Sequence record: MK962751
Reading direction: 5' to 3' (one strand)
DNA length: 51,854 bases
From: Shigella phage JK16
The notes below the pieces were generated by a model. It was not told the origin of the DNA. It searched no databases and saw only the letters and a program-made list of their open reading frames with translations. Made by a program: the position numbers and the translations under genes. Position 1 is the stretch's first letter, and each line of letters begins with the position of its first letter. This document shows positions 8,809 to 17,027 of this stretch, piece by piece.

Positions 8809-10385
8809 CCCAGCAGTATTGGATTGACAAAAATAACACCATTAATCACACAAACATAATTTCTTTCTTCCAGCATTGGCAGTAAGTGCCCTTCTATCCT
8901 TTTCATTACGCCAGCCTGACCAACGAAAGGTTTTACCTTTCTCGCTGATTCGTACAGGGCGCGGATATTCAGAATACCTTTATTAGCCTTGCCGTGCCTC
9001 GTGATCAATTCAATCAATTTACCCATTTCAGCATCATCACCAGCATAACCAGAAGCATTGGCGGCGCTAATGTATGTTTTGCTCAATTCCTGAAACATGA
9101 TCAACGCCTCTTGCATTGTTTCCACGTCGATCTCTTTCGACTTCTGCGGGTATCCGGCAGGATTAAACCAGTTACGGATAACATGCAGGACGGAAGCAAG
9201 CCTGATCACCTGTTTATCCATTTTACCCAGCGCACCGCGTAACATTGTATGAGAATACTTTCCTCCGTCTGCAAGATGCGGTTCCATATCCTGGCGAGCA
9301 ATGTTGAGCACTCGCATAGCTGAACGGCTTATTTTCAGCGATATATTTGATTCGCTCATGATGTTATGCACCAATTGATAATATTGGGCTTTCAATTCAG
9401 AATCCACCGCCTCATAGGTAGAATCACCATTTTCATCAATGAATGAGCGACGGCCTAAGAATGATTCCTCTCGGACCAACAAAAAACGCTCACTAACACC
9501 GATGCCTCGCGATCCAGCGTCCATGATTCCGCTTATCGTTTCATCCTGGGCTATGACGCTCATACATCCAAGCGCGCGAAAACTCATATTATTGTCAGCA
9601 TTAGCACGGGCAATTGATACGTGACCATTATCCCACGCCTTAAGCACTAACTCACTGTTAGTCTTCCTTTCGCTATTTGCATAGGTCAAGCCTAACAGAC
9701 TGTTAATACTTGTTGCTTCATCAGATATTACGGCAAAGTTACCTTGCTTGTTGTTGATTTTCGCCAAGCCTTCTGGAGTTGTATCTGAAACAGGAAAAGT
9801 TATATCACACATTTTTTCCAGCTTTTCCTCCAGATCCTCTTTTTCCTGGTATAGAGATTCCATATCAGCGCCGGATCTTTCGCTTTTCATCTCCTTTGCA
9901 AGACCTGCCAGCTTTGCCTGTATTTTCTTTCTTTCCTTGCGGCGTTGCTCGTTGATCTTCTCAACTTCCGCAATCATCGGAGCAATAGCCATGCTGTTGA
10001 TCGCAGATTTACCAGTTGACGGCGGCTGGCTTGTAACGACGTAAAGCGCAGTCGGCTGATCGGTTCCGTGATAGTCAACCGTAAAGCGTCCAAGCATAGC
10101 GGCAGAAATGCAGCCGATAAAGTGCATGTAAGCCGATGATTCAGGGAATTGAACGGATCGCGCAATGCTGCGTGATAACTTGCCGACAACATCAATATCA
10201 TTACCAAGAGAAATAACGGGGTAGCGATCGTGACCGCTATTCACATCCTTTACGTCGCCCCAAAAGCTGGACGACTGGCGATAGCCGTTAGCCTGAATTG
10301 ATACGCGAACTGGCGAAAGGTTCTGGCTTTCAGCCATAGCGATTATTTGTTGTGGAGTTAATTTGTTCGTTTCTAATGAAAACAT
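8805..10385 (-). CDS. DUF3987-like P-loop protein
   Basis: PPSTGKS P-loop-like segment and overall similarity to YfjI/DUF3987-type proteins; AAGGAG RBS. Confidence 0.5.
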   Translation of the reverse strand: MFSLETNKLTPQQIIAMAESQNLSPVRVSIQANGYRQSSSFWGDVKDVNSGHDRYPVISLGNDIDVVGKLSRSIARSVQFPESSAYMHFIGCISAAMLGRFTVDYHGTDQPTALYVVTSQPPSTGKSAINSMAIAPMIAEVEKINEQRRKERKKIQAKLAGLAKEMKSERSGADMESLYQEKEDLEEKLEKMCDITFPVSDTTPEGLAKINNKQGNFAVISDEATSINSLLGLTYANSERKTNSELVLKAWDNGHVSIARANADNNMSFRALGCMSVIAQDETISGIMDAGSRGIGVSERFLLVREESFLGRRSFIDENGDSTYEAVDSELKAQYYQLVHNIMSESNISLKISRSAMRVLNIARQDMEPHLADGGKYSHTMLRGALGKMDKQVIRLASVLHVIRNWFNPAGYPQKSKEIDVETMQEALIMFQELSKTYISAANASGYAGDDAEMGKLIELITRHGKANKGILNIRALYESARKVKPFVGQAGVMKRIEGHLLPMLEERNYVCVINGVIFVNPILLG

Positions 10386-10437
10386 TCGTTAGCTTCTCCT
10401 TTGTGGGCCGTAAATTTTAACGGCCCAATACTACCCC

Positions 10438-10456
10438 GTTTTGTCAAAAAGTGCTA
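10438..10456 (-). promoter_or_regulatory. motif copy (TTGACA variant) followed by hairpin GGGCCGT..ACGGCCC, upstream of DUF3987 gene
   Basis: Motif variant TAGCACTTTTTGACAAAAC; no clear -10 at standard spacing. Confidence 0.35.
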
Positions 10457-10729
10457 TTTGATCCGCTCTATTGCAACCAGAAGTCGATCAGGCTGGCGGT
10501 CGCTGTAGCATTCTCCTGTAATCCCATCCTTAAACGTAAAGTAAAGCGCCTTATGATATGAAAAACCAATCAGCCAACCTACCGCCGTTTTTTTGATGGG
10601 CCTGACTATATCGCCAGGCTTGAAGGTTTTTGTTGCTGAATGAGTCACCTTATAGCGATATTCAGCCTTGATCATAAGGCTTCTCGCTTCCGTGGTTTTT
10701 GTGGAATCCGTACTTTTTCCAAATGGCAT
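10454..10729 (-). CDS. hypothetical protein
   Basis: ORF ending in motif TAG; may start at internal Met. Confidence 0.35.
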   Translation of the reverse strand: MPFGKSTDSTKTTEARSLMIKAEYRYKVTHSATKTFKPGDIVRPIKKTAVGWLIGFSYHKALYFTFKDGITGECYSDRQPDRLLVAIERIK

Positions 10730-11183
10730 CTCTTGATGCTACAGCGCTATCAATTGATGCATGATAACCACCAGAAATACACCTGCCATCAACAGTTACT
10801 TGTACGCACCATTTAGACACCCTCTTATTCCACATCACGCCAGTATAACCAGATTTATTTGTCGATCTCCTTGTGTGGTTTTGTGAGTTTTGTTTTCTTG
10901 TGACAAGCCGGAGGTTTTCGATTCTATTGTCATCTCTTATGTGATTCACGTGATCTATCTCCATTCCTTTTGGTATTGTTTTTCCATGCATCCACCAAAC
11001 AATCCAATGCGCCGGATACTCTCTGCCACCAATACCTATACGTCTATATCCGTTTTTAGTTATATAACCTGCCTCATCGCCAATTTTTGCCCGTCTTCCT
11101 GATGGGCTTTTCCATAATAGACGACCATTTTCATATATAAATAAATTTAGAAGTACTTGCCTTGAAATTCCGCTATTGCACAT
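10662..11183 (-). CDS. HNH homing endonuclease with AP2 DNA-binding domain
   Basis: HNH motif IDHVNHIRDDNRIENLRLVTRKQN; AP2-like SGYTGVMWNKRVSKWCVQV...; N-terminal NUMOD-like YENGRLLW. Confidence 0.75.
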   Translation of the reverse strand: MCNSGISRQVLLNLFIYENGRLLWKSPSGRRAKIGDEAGYITKNGYRRIGIGGREYPAHWIVWWMHGKTIPKGMEIDHVNHIRDDNRIENLRLVTRKQNSQNHTRRSTNKSGYTGVMWNKRVSKWCVQVTVDGRCISGGYHASIDSAVASRDAIWKKYGFHKNHGSEKPYDQG

Positions 11184-11374
11184 TTAAATCCCACCTCGCA
11201 TCTTTCAAGAGTCCATTGCTCACCTTGAGCATCAACAACGTAACCAGCTACAGCGCCTAAAACCCTTCCCATAATTATCTCATAGCGTTTCCCTTCCTTA
11301 AAATGCTGACCTGGCTTTACGCTGTTCATGTGGTGGTAAACTTTTGAGCATTTTATTGTTCTCTTCTTTGCCAT
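11147..11374 (-). CDS. hypothetical protein
   Basis: 75 aa ORF. Confidence 0.4.
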   Translation of the reverse strand: MAKKRTIKCSKVYHHMNSVKPGQHFKEGKRYEIIMGRVLGAVAGYVVDAQGEQWTLERCEVGFKCAIAEFQGKYF

Positions 11375-11404
11375 CGTTTATTTCTCCTTTCGTTTCGGTG
11401 AAGT

Positions 11405-11448
11405 GATTATGCCAGGTTTTTACACCTGGCTTTTAACAAAAAGTGCTA
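11405..11448 (-). promoter_or_regulatory. motif-class promoter, minus strand (motif, hairpin CCAGGTG..ACCTGG, ATAATC)
   Basis: -10-like hexamer 19 nt downstream of motif. Confidence 0.45.
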
Positions 11449-12156
11449 TTTTGAGTTTGACTCAAATACGGCGCGAGCAAATCCGCGCGGAGTGAGGGAG
11501 CGGATCATCTTTGTGCGTGATGAATTGCCGCCAGTTTTGGCCCAGCCTGGATTATCTTTGTCTTTCTCTTTCGGCAGGATTAAAGCGCGTGGAGGAATAA
11601 CAAAGCCGTTGCCAGTCCAGAGGCATGTTTTCTTAAAGTAGCGATCCCGCGCCGGAATAATATCAGGGAAGTCGGGATGTTTATCATCTTCCGGCAGATA
11701 GCCAGCGTAATCGCACGGATGGAACGTATAATCAGGCTTACGCCATAACGTTGACAACTTGCCAACCGGATTTTCGATCATGTAAGGAACACCGAAATAA
11801 TCAGCTATATCAGCCGCGATTCTGCAAGTGTCGGCGGCCTCATCCTGGAACGATGGATTCTCAAGGCGTTTTTTGGCCCAATGGCGAGATCCGCTATTTG
11901 CAAGGTCGGTGCAAGGAGGGAACGCCATAATAAAATCAGGATTGCCCCACTCATTATTGATTGCCTTAACATAAAAAGCATCATCAATCCAGACGTTAAC
12001 GTATTCGATATTCTCATGCTGTATGCGCACTGACTGGTAATCACCGTGATCGCCGCCGTCAGCATTAAAGCAAATGCACTTATATCCATTATCAGCCCAA
12101 TCTTTAACGGCTTTACCAGATCCATCAAATAGGGAGAATATTAAACCTTTATACAT
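11446..12156 (-). CDS. DNA cytosine-5 methyltransferase-like protein (short, no obvious target-recognition domain)
   Basis: Motif I-like FSLFDGSGK, motif IV-like FPPCTDLANSG (PCT rather than PCQ), motif VI-like MIENPVG, C-terminal RSLTPRGFARAVF. Confidence 0.5.
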   Translation of the reverse strand: MYKGLIFSLFDGSGKAVKDWADNGYKCICFNADGGDHGDYQSVRIQHENIEYVNVWIDDAFYVKAINNEWGNPDFIMAFPPCTDLANSGSRHWAKKRLENPSFQDEAADTCRIAADIADYFGVPYMIENPVGKLSTLWRKPDYTFHPCDYAGYLPEDDKHPDFPDIIPARDRYFKKTCLWTGNGFVIPPRALILPKEKDKDNPGWAKTGGNSSRTKMIRSLTPRGFARAVFESNSK

Positions 12157-12166
12157 CGTCATTACC

Positions 12167-12391
12167 TCAAAACGGAAAACAGCGCGGACAACCAGGATCG
12201 AAATCGCATCCACAATCATTAACAATCATAGTGGGATCTGCAAATATTGCGCTTGATTCAAGATCCATATCCATATCACCTAAAGCCTCATCAAGACTCT
12301 TAATTTTATATGCCACTTCAAGCGCCGCCTCTTTATTTAGTCCGGCATCTTCTGCCATTTGAAGGCGCTCAAAAAATCCTTCTTGACTCAT
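12167..12391 (-). CDS. hypothetical acidic protein
   Basis: 74 aa ORF. Confidence 0.4.
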   Translation of the reverse strand: MSQEGFFERLQMAEDAGLNKEAALEVAYKIKSLDEALGDMDMDLESSAIFADPTMIVNDCGCDFDPGCPRCFPF

Positions 12392-12504
12392 CGCATAATC
12401 CCCTTAATAACAGCCAAGATAATAGCCAGGCCAGCAGCAGTAACCAAAAAGCCAACCGCGCCAATAATCGAATAAAAAAAGAAATCAATAGCCTTATCTA
12501 TCAT
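12388..12504 (-). CDS. putative 38 aa membrane peptide
   Basis: Found by manual translation; GAGGTGG RBS; hydrophobic; stop overlaps next start (ATGA). Confidence 0.25.
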   Translation of the reverse strand: MIDKAIDFFFYSIIGAVGFLVTAAGLAIILAVIKGIMR

Positions 12505-12545
12505 TTCCACCTCATTTAAAAGGCGGCAAAACGCCGCCATATTAA

Positions 12546-12773
12546 TTAAAGAGCACGCCAGCTTTGAATATAGAAAGCGTTTTCTTCCAGTAATTCTTTT
12601 ACCTGATCTTTATTGTATTTGCGCACCTTACCGCCTGGATGGATACCAATAAGATAGCCGCCTTTGCCCTCGGTGATAGTGATTTGGCTAATTCCGCAAG
12701 ACTTATCAAGTTTTACAGCCACGCGGTGATGAGCGTCAATAGTTGCCATAATGTTTAAAACTTTTACTTTCAT
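12546..12773 (-). CDS. hypothetical protein
   Basis: 75 aa ORF. Confidence 0.4.
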   Translation of the reverse strand: MKVKVLNIMATIDAHHRVAVKLDKSCGISQITITEGKGGYLIGIHPGGKVRKYNKDQVKELLEENAFYIQSWRAL

Positions 12774-12881
12774 TTAAATATCCTCAATTGAAATATGAAT
12801 GGCGTCGTGCTCTTTTTCCGTCGCCGCCGTAATGGTCATTTGCAGCCGATACCATCCAGGCATTTTTGAAAATAAATAGCC

Positions 12882-13094
12882 TCATTTCTTATTTTTCATC
12901 TTAAATTTATGGCCCGGAACACCAGCGCCAATATAGCCATCGCTGTATTCCATTAAATAAAGGTGAAGACCATTATCTGAAATTACATGAGGATCTTCTT
13001 TGAGATTTCCCATTAGTGGATATTCTTTTTCGCGCGTGAATTTCCAAATTGAGTTATAAGTTTCTACGCATTTAAGTTTTAATTGCTTTGCCAT
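12882..13094 (-). CDS. hypothetical protein
   Basis: 70 aa ORF. Confidence 0.4.
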   Translation of the reverse strand: MAKQLKLKCVETYNSIWKFTREKEYPLMGNLKEDPHVISDNGLHLYLMEYSDGYIGAGVPGHKFKMKNKK

Positions 13095-13291
13095 TAGATG
13101 ATCTCCATGTATGTTTCAAAGCCATTTAACTTGAACAGGCCGTTTTCACATTTGCGAACGTTCCAAGTTAGCCCTGAGTGGTACGCCTCCATATCATCAA
13201 GGTCAATGGTGATTTCAGCACCTTTCTTAAACAAACATTTTTCGTGAGACTTGTCGCGCTTAACAACTTTAACATCAACCTGATTTTCCAT
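13094..13291 (-). CDS. hypothetical protein
   Basis: 65 aa ORF contiguous with neighbour. Confidence 0.4.
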   Translation of the reverse strand: MENQVDVKVVKRDKSHEKCLFKKGAEITIDLDDMEAYHSGLTWNVRKCENGLFKLNGFETYMEII

Positions 13292-13322
13292 CTTTAAATC
13301 CTCGTTTGTTGTCGATGCGCTT

Positions 13323-13365
13323 ACTATACCAATCAGCAGCGCATCGTTTTTAACAAAAAGTGCTA
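13323..13365 (-). promoter_or_regulatory. motif-class promoter, minus strand (motif, hairpin GATGCGCT..AGCGCATC containing TATAGT)
   Basis: Leader CAACAAACGAGGATTTAAAG ATG shared with the plus-strand copy at 19829. Confidence 0.45.
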
Positions 13366-13366
13366 T

Positions 13367-13630
13367 TTAGTCCAGAAATTCGATTTCACGCTCTCCAGTT
13401 AACGGATCTACAAGCCAGAATCCGAGCGGTTCGCCGTGAGCACCGCCATAGAATCCAAGCGCCGTCAGATCTTCACCTTTAACGAATACAAGGTTTCCGC
13501 TAAGGCTTACGTGAGACACGTTAACGATAACCGGAAATGTGCGATCCTTAAATGCAGGCCGCAGGGCGTAACATCCGTTATTGAGCAATCGTGCTTTGCG
13601 CTTAACTGGAATAGGTGCATTAATTTTCAT
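13367..13630 (-). CDS. hypothetical protein
   Basis: 87 aa ORF with AAGGAG RBS. Confidence 0.45.
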   Translation of the reverse strand: MKINAPIPVKRKARLLNNGCYALRPAFKDRTFPVIVNVSHVSLSGNLVFVKGEDLTALGFYGGAHGEPLGFWLVDPLTGEREIEFLD

Positions 13631-13856
13631 GGTTATTACTCCTTATCGTAAAGATTTAAAGACGTATAGTTTATTGCGGTAACTATATATCCGCATTGTT
13701 ATTTCTCGCAACGCAATATATTCCTTCCTGTTTTCCGGAATCCTGGCGAGCAATAACAGGCAGTATTTATAAGCGCGGTCAAGATTCCTTTCCGTGCCCC
13801 TGCAATATCCCTTGTTGCGCCTGGAGCGGCACAGCCATAACAATTTCTTGAACATT

Positions 13857-14090
13857 TCAGATACGCCCATACAGATCGCAAACTTCATTGATAAAACAGC
13901 GTTGAGACTCTTTATCCTGCTTCTCAAACATCGCACGGCACTCATAGCGGTGATTATGCACGATGACAACAACCATATTTTCAGGTGCTGACGGGTGACG
14001 CGCTGACGCGTCGCAGATTGAAACATCCATACCCATCTCATGTGCTTTCTTGATCACATCCAACATTTTTTCTTCTCCTGCAATAAGCAA
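13857..14090 (-). CDS. hypothetical protein
   Basis: 77 aa ORF. Confidence 0.35.
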   Translation of the reverse strand: MLIAGEEKMLDVIKKAHEMGMDVSICDASARHPSAPENMVVVIVHNHRYECRAMFEKQDKESQRCFINEVCDLYGRI

Positions 14091-14320
14091 ACATCATTGA
14101 TAAAATCAGCACGGCCCTTAATGTTGCTGATGTGGAACGTCTTTTCAGCGTACAGGCCATCACCTTCAATCACGATCATTACGCGAGTCGGTTTATTCAC
14201 GGGCGCACACGAAAAGAGTGGTCGCGCCGGAAGAAATTTAGTAGCCACATCCAGGTTAGCCCTGGCGGCCCTGCAAAACGCCTCCGCCAGATCCAAATCA
14301 TTTTCGGTAATCACCGCCAT
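14054..14320 (-). CDS. hypothetical protein
   Basis: 88 aa ORF. Confidence 0.4.
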   Translation of the reverse strand: MAVITENDLDLAEAFCRAARANLDVATKFLPARPLFSCAPVNKPTRVMIVIEGDGLYAEKTFHISNIKGRADFINDVCLLQEKKKCWM

Positions 14321-14592
14321 TACTTCTTGATCTCCTTACTGATAAATTTCAGCACCTGGCGCAAGAAAACTTCGTTGTTGATAGTCGCTGGCAATTCTTC
14401 TTTCACTTCTTGCGGCAGATAGATATTGCCGTGCCAGGTCAAGCAATCGTAGTTGATACGATAAGAGCAAAGCCACTCGCAATCGTTATCTGCTTCCCAA
14501 ATGCAGAGTTGCAGAACATCGCCAAAATCTTCAACAGTCAGATCCAGACCGTGACGCTTAGCGAAATTGAAAGTGGTTTTGCTGATGTTCAT
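14320..14592 (-). CDS. hypothetical protein (first gene of minus-strand cluster)
   Basis: 90 aa ORF downstream of motif promoter. Confidence 0.45.
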   Translation of the reverse strand: MNISKTTFNFAKRHGLDLTVEDFGDVLQLCIWEADNDCEWLCSYRINYDCLTWHGNIYLPQEVKEELPATINNEVFLRQVLKFISKEIKK

Positions 14593-14627
14593 TTACTATC
14601 TCCTGAGCGGTTCGTTTCGATGTGTGT

Positions 14628-14670
14628 AATGTACCCGATCAGGCGGCCTGAGTTTTAACAAAAAGTGCTA
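14628..14670 (-). promoter_or_regulatory. motif-class promoter driving the minus-strand cluster (motif, 18 nt, TACATT)
   Basis: No gene upstream on minus strand, so this copy cannot be a terminator. Confidence 0.45.
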
Positions 14671-14694
14671 TTTGACGGTTAGCACCAGGATTGT

Positions 14695-14795
14695 GATCGA
14701 AATAATCAAAAGTAATCATTCGTAATCAAATCACGTCAAAATGATGATTGCATTTGCAAATTTGATGAGAAAAGTAATCACGTTTAATCATTGGT
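14695..14795. repeat. iteron-like cluster of (G)TAATCA repeats
   Basis: Five direct TAATCA copies plus inverted TGATGATT and TTTGCAAA palindrome in the divergent control region. Confidence 0.4.
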
Positions 14796-15210
14796 TGCAG
14801 GGGAGATAGTGAAACCTTCCCCTCTTGCCTCACTTTCCCGCCTGGCTGTCAGTGGTTGTTATGTTCCGTTCCCGCCTGTTCTTTTGTTGACCTTCCGCAA
14901 AATACGATAACAAAAAATAACAAACAATACCTATATAATACATTGAAAAATAAGGATTATTTATTTATATGTATCTATATATTATCTTTTGTTATCTTGG
15001 TTATTGTGGTATTTGGTGGGGGTATATAGTTTTTGTGTATCTATATGTGTGTATGGGTATGTAGGGGCATATATATCTATATGGCACTTTCCGCGAGAAA
15101 ACTTCGATAACAGCCAATGATAACATTGATTTATAAGGAAAAATAACGCCAATATTGTTATTGTGCCACCATATAAAATTGATAAAACACGCGGGAACAA
15201 GAAAAAACAG

Positions 15211-15239
15211 TTGACACATTAAATAGCATTATTGATAAT
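15211..15239 (+). promoter_or_regulatory. sigma70-type promoter, copy 1 (TTGACA, 17 nt, GATAAT)
   Basis: Consensus -35, 17 nt spacer, near-consensus -10, 30 nt upstream of ATG. Confidence 0.6.
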
Positions 15240-15268
15240 GCCGACACCTAACAACCAGGAGGTAGAAA

Positions 15269-15475
15269 ATGAGCGAGCAATCATTAACTGACACGCTGCG
15301 CCGTGCAGCTATTATGCTGGCTAATGGCGAGGAAGAGGCGATCAAGATTCCTGACGCGTATTTGCAGGTCCACATGTTCGGCAAGAAGTCGGCAAGCAAT
15401 CCGGCGGCCTACATTCGCCAGATCATGAGTCGAGTTCCAGAAGTCGCCGAGCGTTCCCGCCTGTTCTTTTGTTGA
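15269..15475 (+). pseudogene. truncated duplicate of the 5-prime part of the first early gene
   Basis: First 61 codons identical to the 15854 gene, then runs out of the repeat unit into a short unrelated tail. Confidence 0.6.
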
Positions 15476-15795
15476 CCTTCCGCAAAATACGATAACAAAA
15501 AATAACAAACAATACCTATATAATACATTGAAAAATAAGGATTATTTATTTATATGTATCTATATATTATCTTTTGTTATCTTGGTTATTGTGGTATTTG
15601 GTGGGGGTATATAGTTTTTGTGTATCTATATGTGTGTATGGGTATGTAGGGGCATATATATCTATATGGCACTTTCCGCGAGAAAACTTCGATAACAGCC
15701 AATGATAACATTGATTTATAAGGAAAAATAACGCCAATATTGTTATTGTGCCACCATATAAAATTGATAAAACACGCGGGAACAAGAAAAAACAG

Positions 15796-15824
15796 TTGAC
15801 ACATTAAATAGCATTATTGATAAT
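15796..15824 (+). promoter_or_regulatory. sigma70-type promoter, copy 2 (TTGACA, 17 nt, GATAAT)
   Basis: Identical to copy 1, upstream of intact gene. Confidence 0.6.
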
Positions 15825-15853
15825 GCCGACACCTAACAACCAGGAGGTAGAAA

Positions 15854-16318
15854 ATGAGCGAGCAATCATTAACTGACACGCTGCGCCGTGCAGCTATTAT
15901 GCTGGCTAATGGCGAGGAAGAGGCGATCAAGATTCCTGACGCGTATTTGCAGGTCCACATGTTCGGCAAGAAGTCGGCAAGCAATCCGGCGGCCTACATT
16001 CGCCAGATCATGAGTCGAGTTCCAGAAGTCGCCGAGCGGGGGCGCGTATCCGTTACCCGTGGAGTTTACGGGCCGGAAGATGAAAACTTCGGTAGCACTT
16101 TCTACGAGGTGCGCATTGTTGAAGGACGTCGCAAGGTTTACAACAAAGAGGCACTGGAAAGGGCAGTACGCCAGGCTAAGCGCAAGGTTGCAGAGGCGAT
16201 CATTGATATGTCACCAAACCTAGCAAACTATGCGCCGGAAGAGTATGAAACATTATCAAAGGCCGTCGCTGACTTTCACGCGATGATCAAAAAAACTTTC
16301 CTGGAGGATGAGCAATGA
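15854..16318 (+). CDS. hypothetical early protein
   Basis: 154 aa; AGGAGG RBS; first gene after strong promoter. Confidence 0.55.
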   Translation: MSEQSLTDTLRRAAIMLANGEEEAIKIPDAYLQVHMFGKKSASNPAAYIRQIMSRVPEVAERGRVSVTRGVYGPEDENFGSTFYEVRIVEGRRKVYNKEALERAVRQAKRKVAEAIIDMSPNLANYAPEEYETLSKAVADFHAMIKKTFLEDEQ

Positions 16319-16587
16319 AAAAGGCGTTAATCGGTGTTTTGGTGGCAATGGCATTCCTGACCGGATGTAAAGAAGATGGCGCGCATGTTGGCAATGTGCA
16401 GATGGCTAACCCTGGCGATGACTACAACGTAAGGGAGCTATTCACCGCTGACGGATGCACTGTTTACCGATTCTATGACGATCGCACTGTTTACTTCACC
16501 AACTGCAAGGGAACTACTAGCTGGGAAGTGTCGAAAAGCAATGGCAAAGGCACGAAGACAGAACATATGACCGTCGAGACAAAATAG
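16315..16587 (+). CDS. lipoprotein, possible superinfection-exclusion (Cor/Llp-like)
   Basis: Signal peptide with lipobox LTGC; 90 aa with three Cys. Confidence 0.5.
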   Translation: MKKALIGVLVAMAFLTGCKEDGAHVGNVQMANPGDDYNVRELFTADGCTVYRFYDDRTVYFTNCKGTTSWEVSKSNGKGTKTEHMTVETK

Positions 16588-16627
16588 CACTTTTTGTTAA
16601 AACTCAAAAACGATAACCAGGCATAAT
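16585..16627 (+). promoter_or_regulatory. motif-class promoter (motif, 18 nt, CATAAT)
   Basis: Motif supplies TAG stop of lipoprotein gene. Confidence 0.45.
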
Positions 16628-16832
16628 ACACACATAGACGGGCGGCAAGGATTGCTGCGGGAGAGGAGCGACGCAGGGGCTTGATCGAAGTGTCAGGATT
16701 CCCAACCGTGAGGCCAGAACTATCACACTCGCCACCAGGCAGAACGCTAGATAGGTCACTGAACTGAGGCTACCGACGAAGTGAAGCCCGTCACCAAAGA
16801 TTAAACGGTTATTTATGTGAAAGGGGTTAATG

Positions 16833-17012
16833 ATGGATAAGATCATCAAAATGAGCGAAGTCAAGCCGGGAATGATGGTTAAATTTGCTGGCAAATATCG
16901 CCTAGTGCTGGATAACTGCCGCAAAGAGAACATTCTTACAATTCGTGTAAATGGCAAGGCGCAGCTATTCGCCCCTAACGCAGATATTGACGTTGAAGTT
17001 AGAATTAAGTAA
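16833..17012 (+). CDS. hypothetical protein
   Basis: 59 aa; AAAGGGG RBS. Confidence 0.4.
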   Translation: MDKIIKMSEVKPGMMVKFAGKYRLVLDNCRKENILTIRVNGKAQLFAPNADIDVEVRIK

Positions 17013-17027
17013 TTAGGAGAAATCACC

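Larger units (their letters stand above)
14867..16036 (+). repeat. exact tandem direct duplication, 2 x 585 bp
   Basis: Units 14867-15451 and 15452-16036 are identical; ORF track shows identical ORFs offset by exactly 585. Confidence 0.9.

Noticed and set aside
13643-14041. 132 aa minus-strand ORF
   Set aside because: Low-complexity basic product that overlaps the better-supported 13857-14090 gene in another frame.
16638-16796. Possible tRNA: acceptor-like stem GACGGGC/GCCCGTC followed by ACCA
   Set aside because: Element is about 159 nt, with no recognisable D-arm or T-arm (no GTTCGAATC-like loop next to the 3-prime stem); treated instead as a structured leader.
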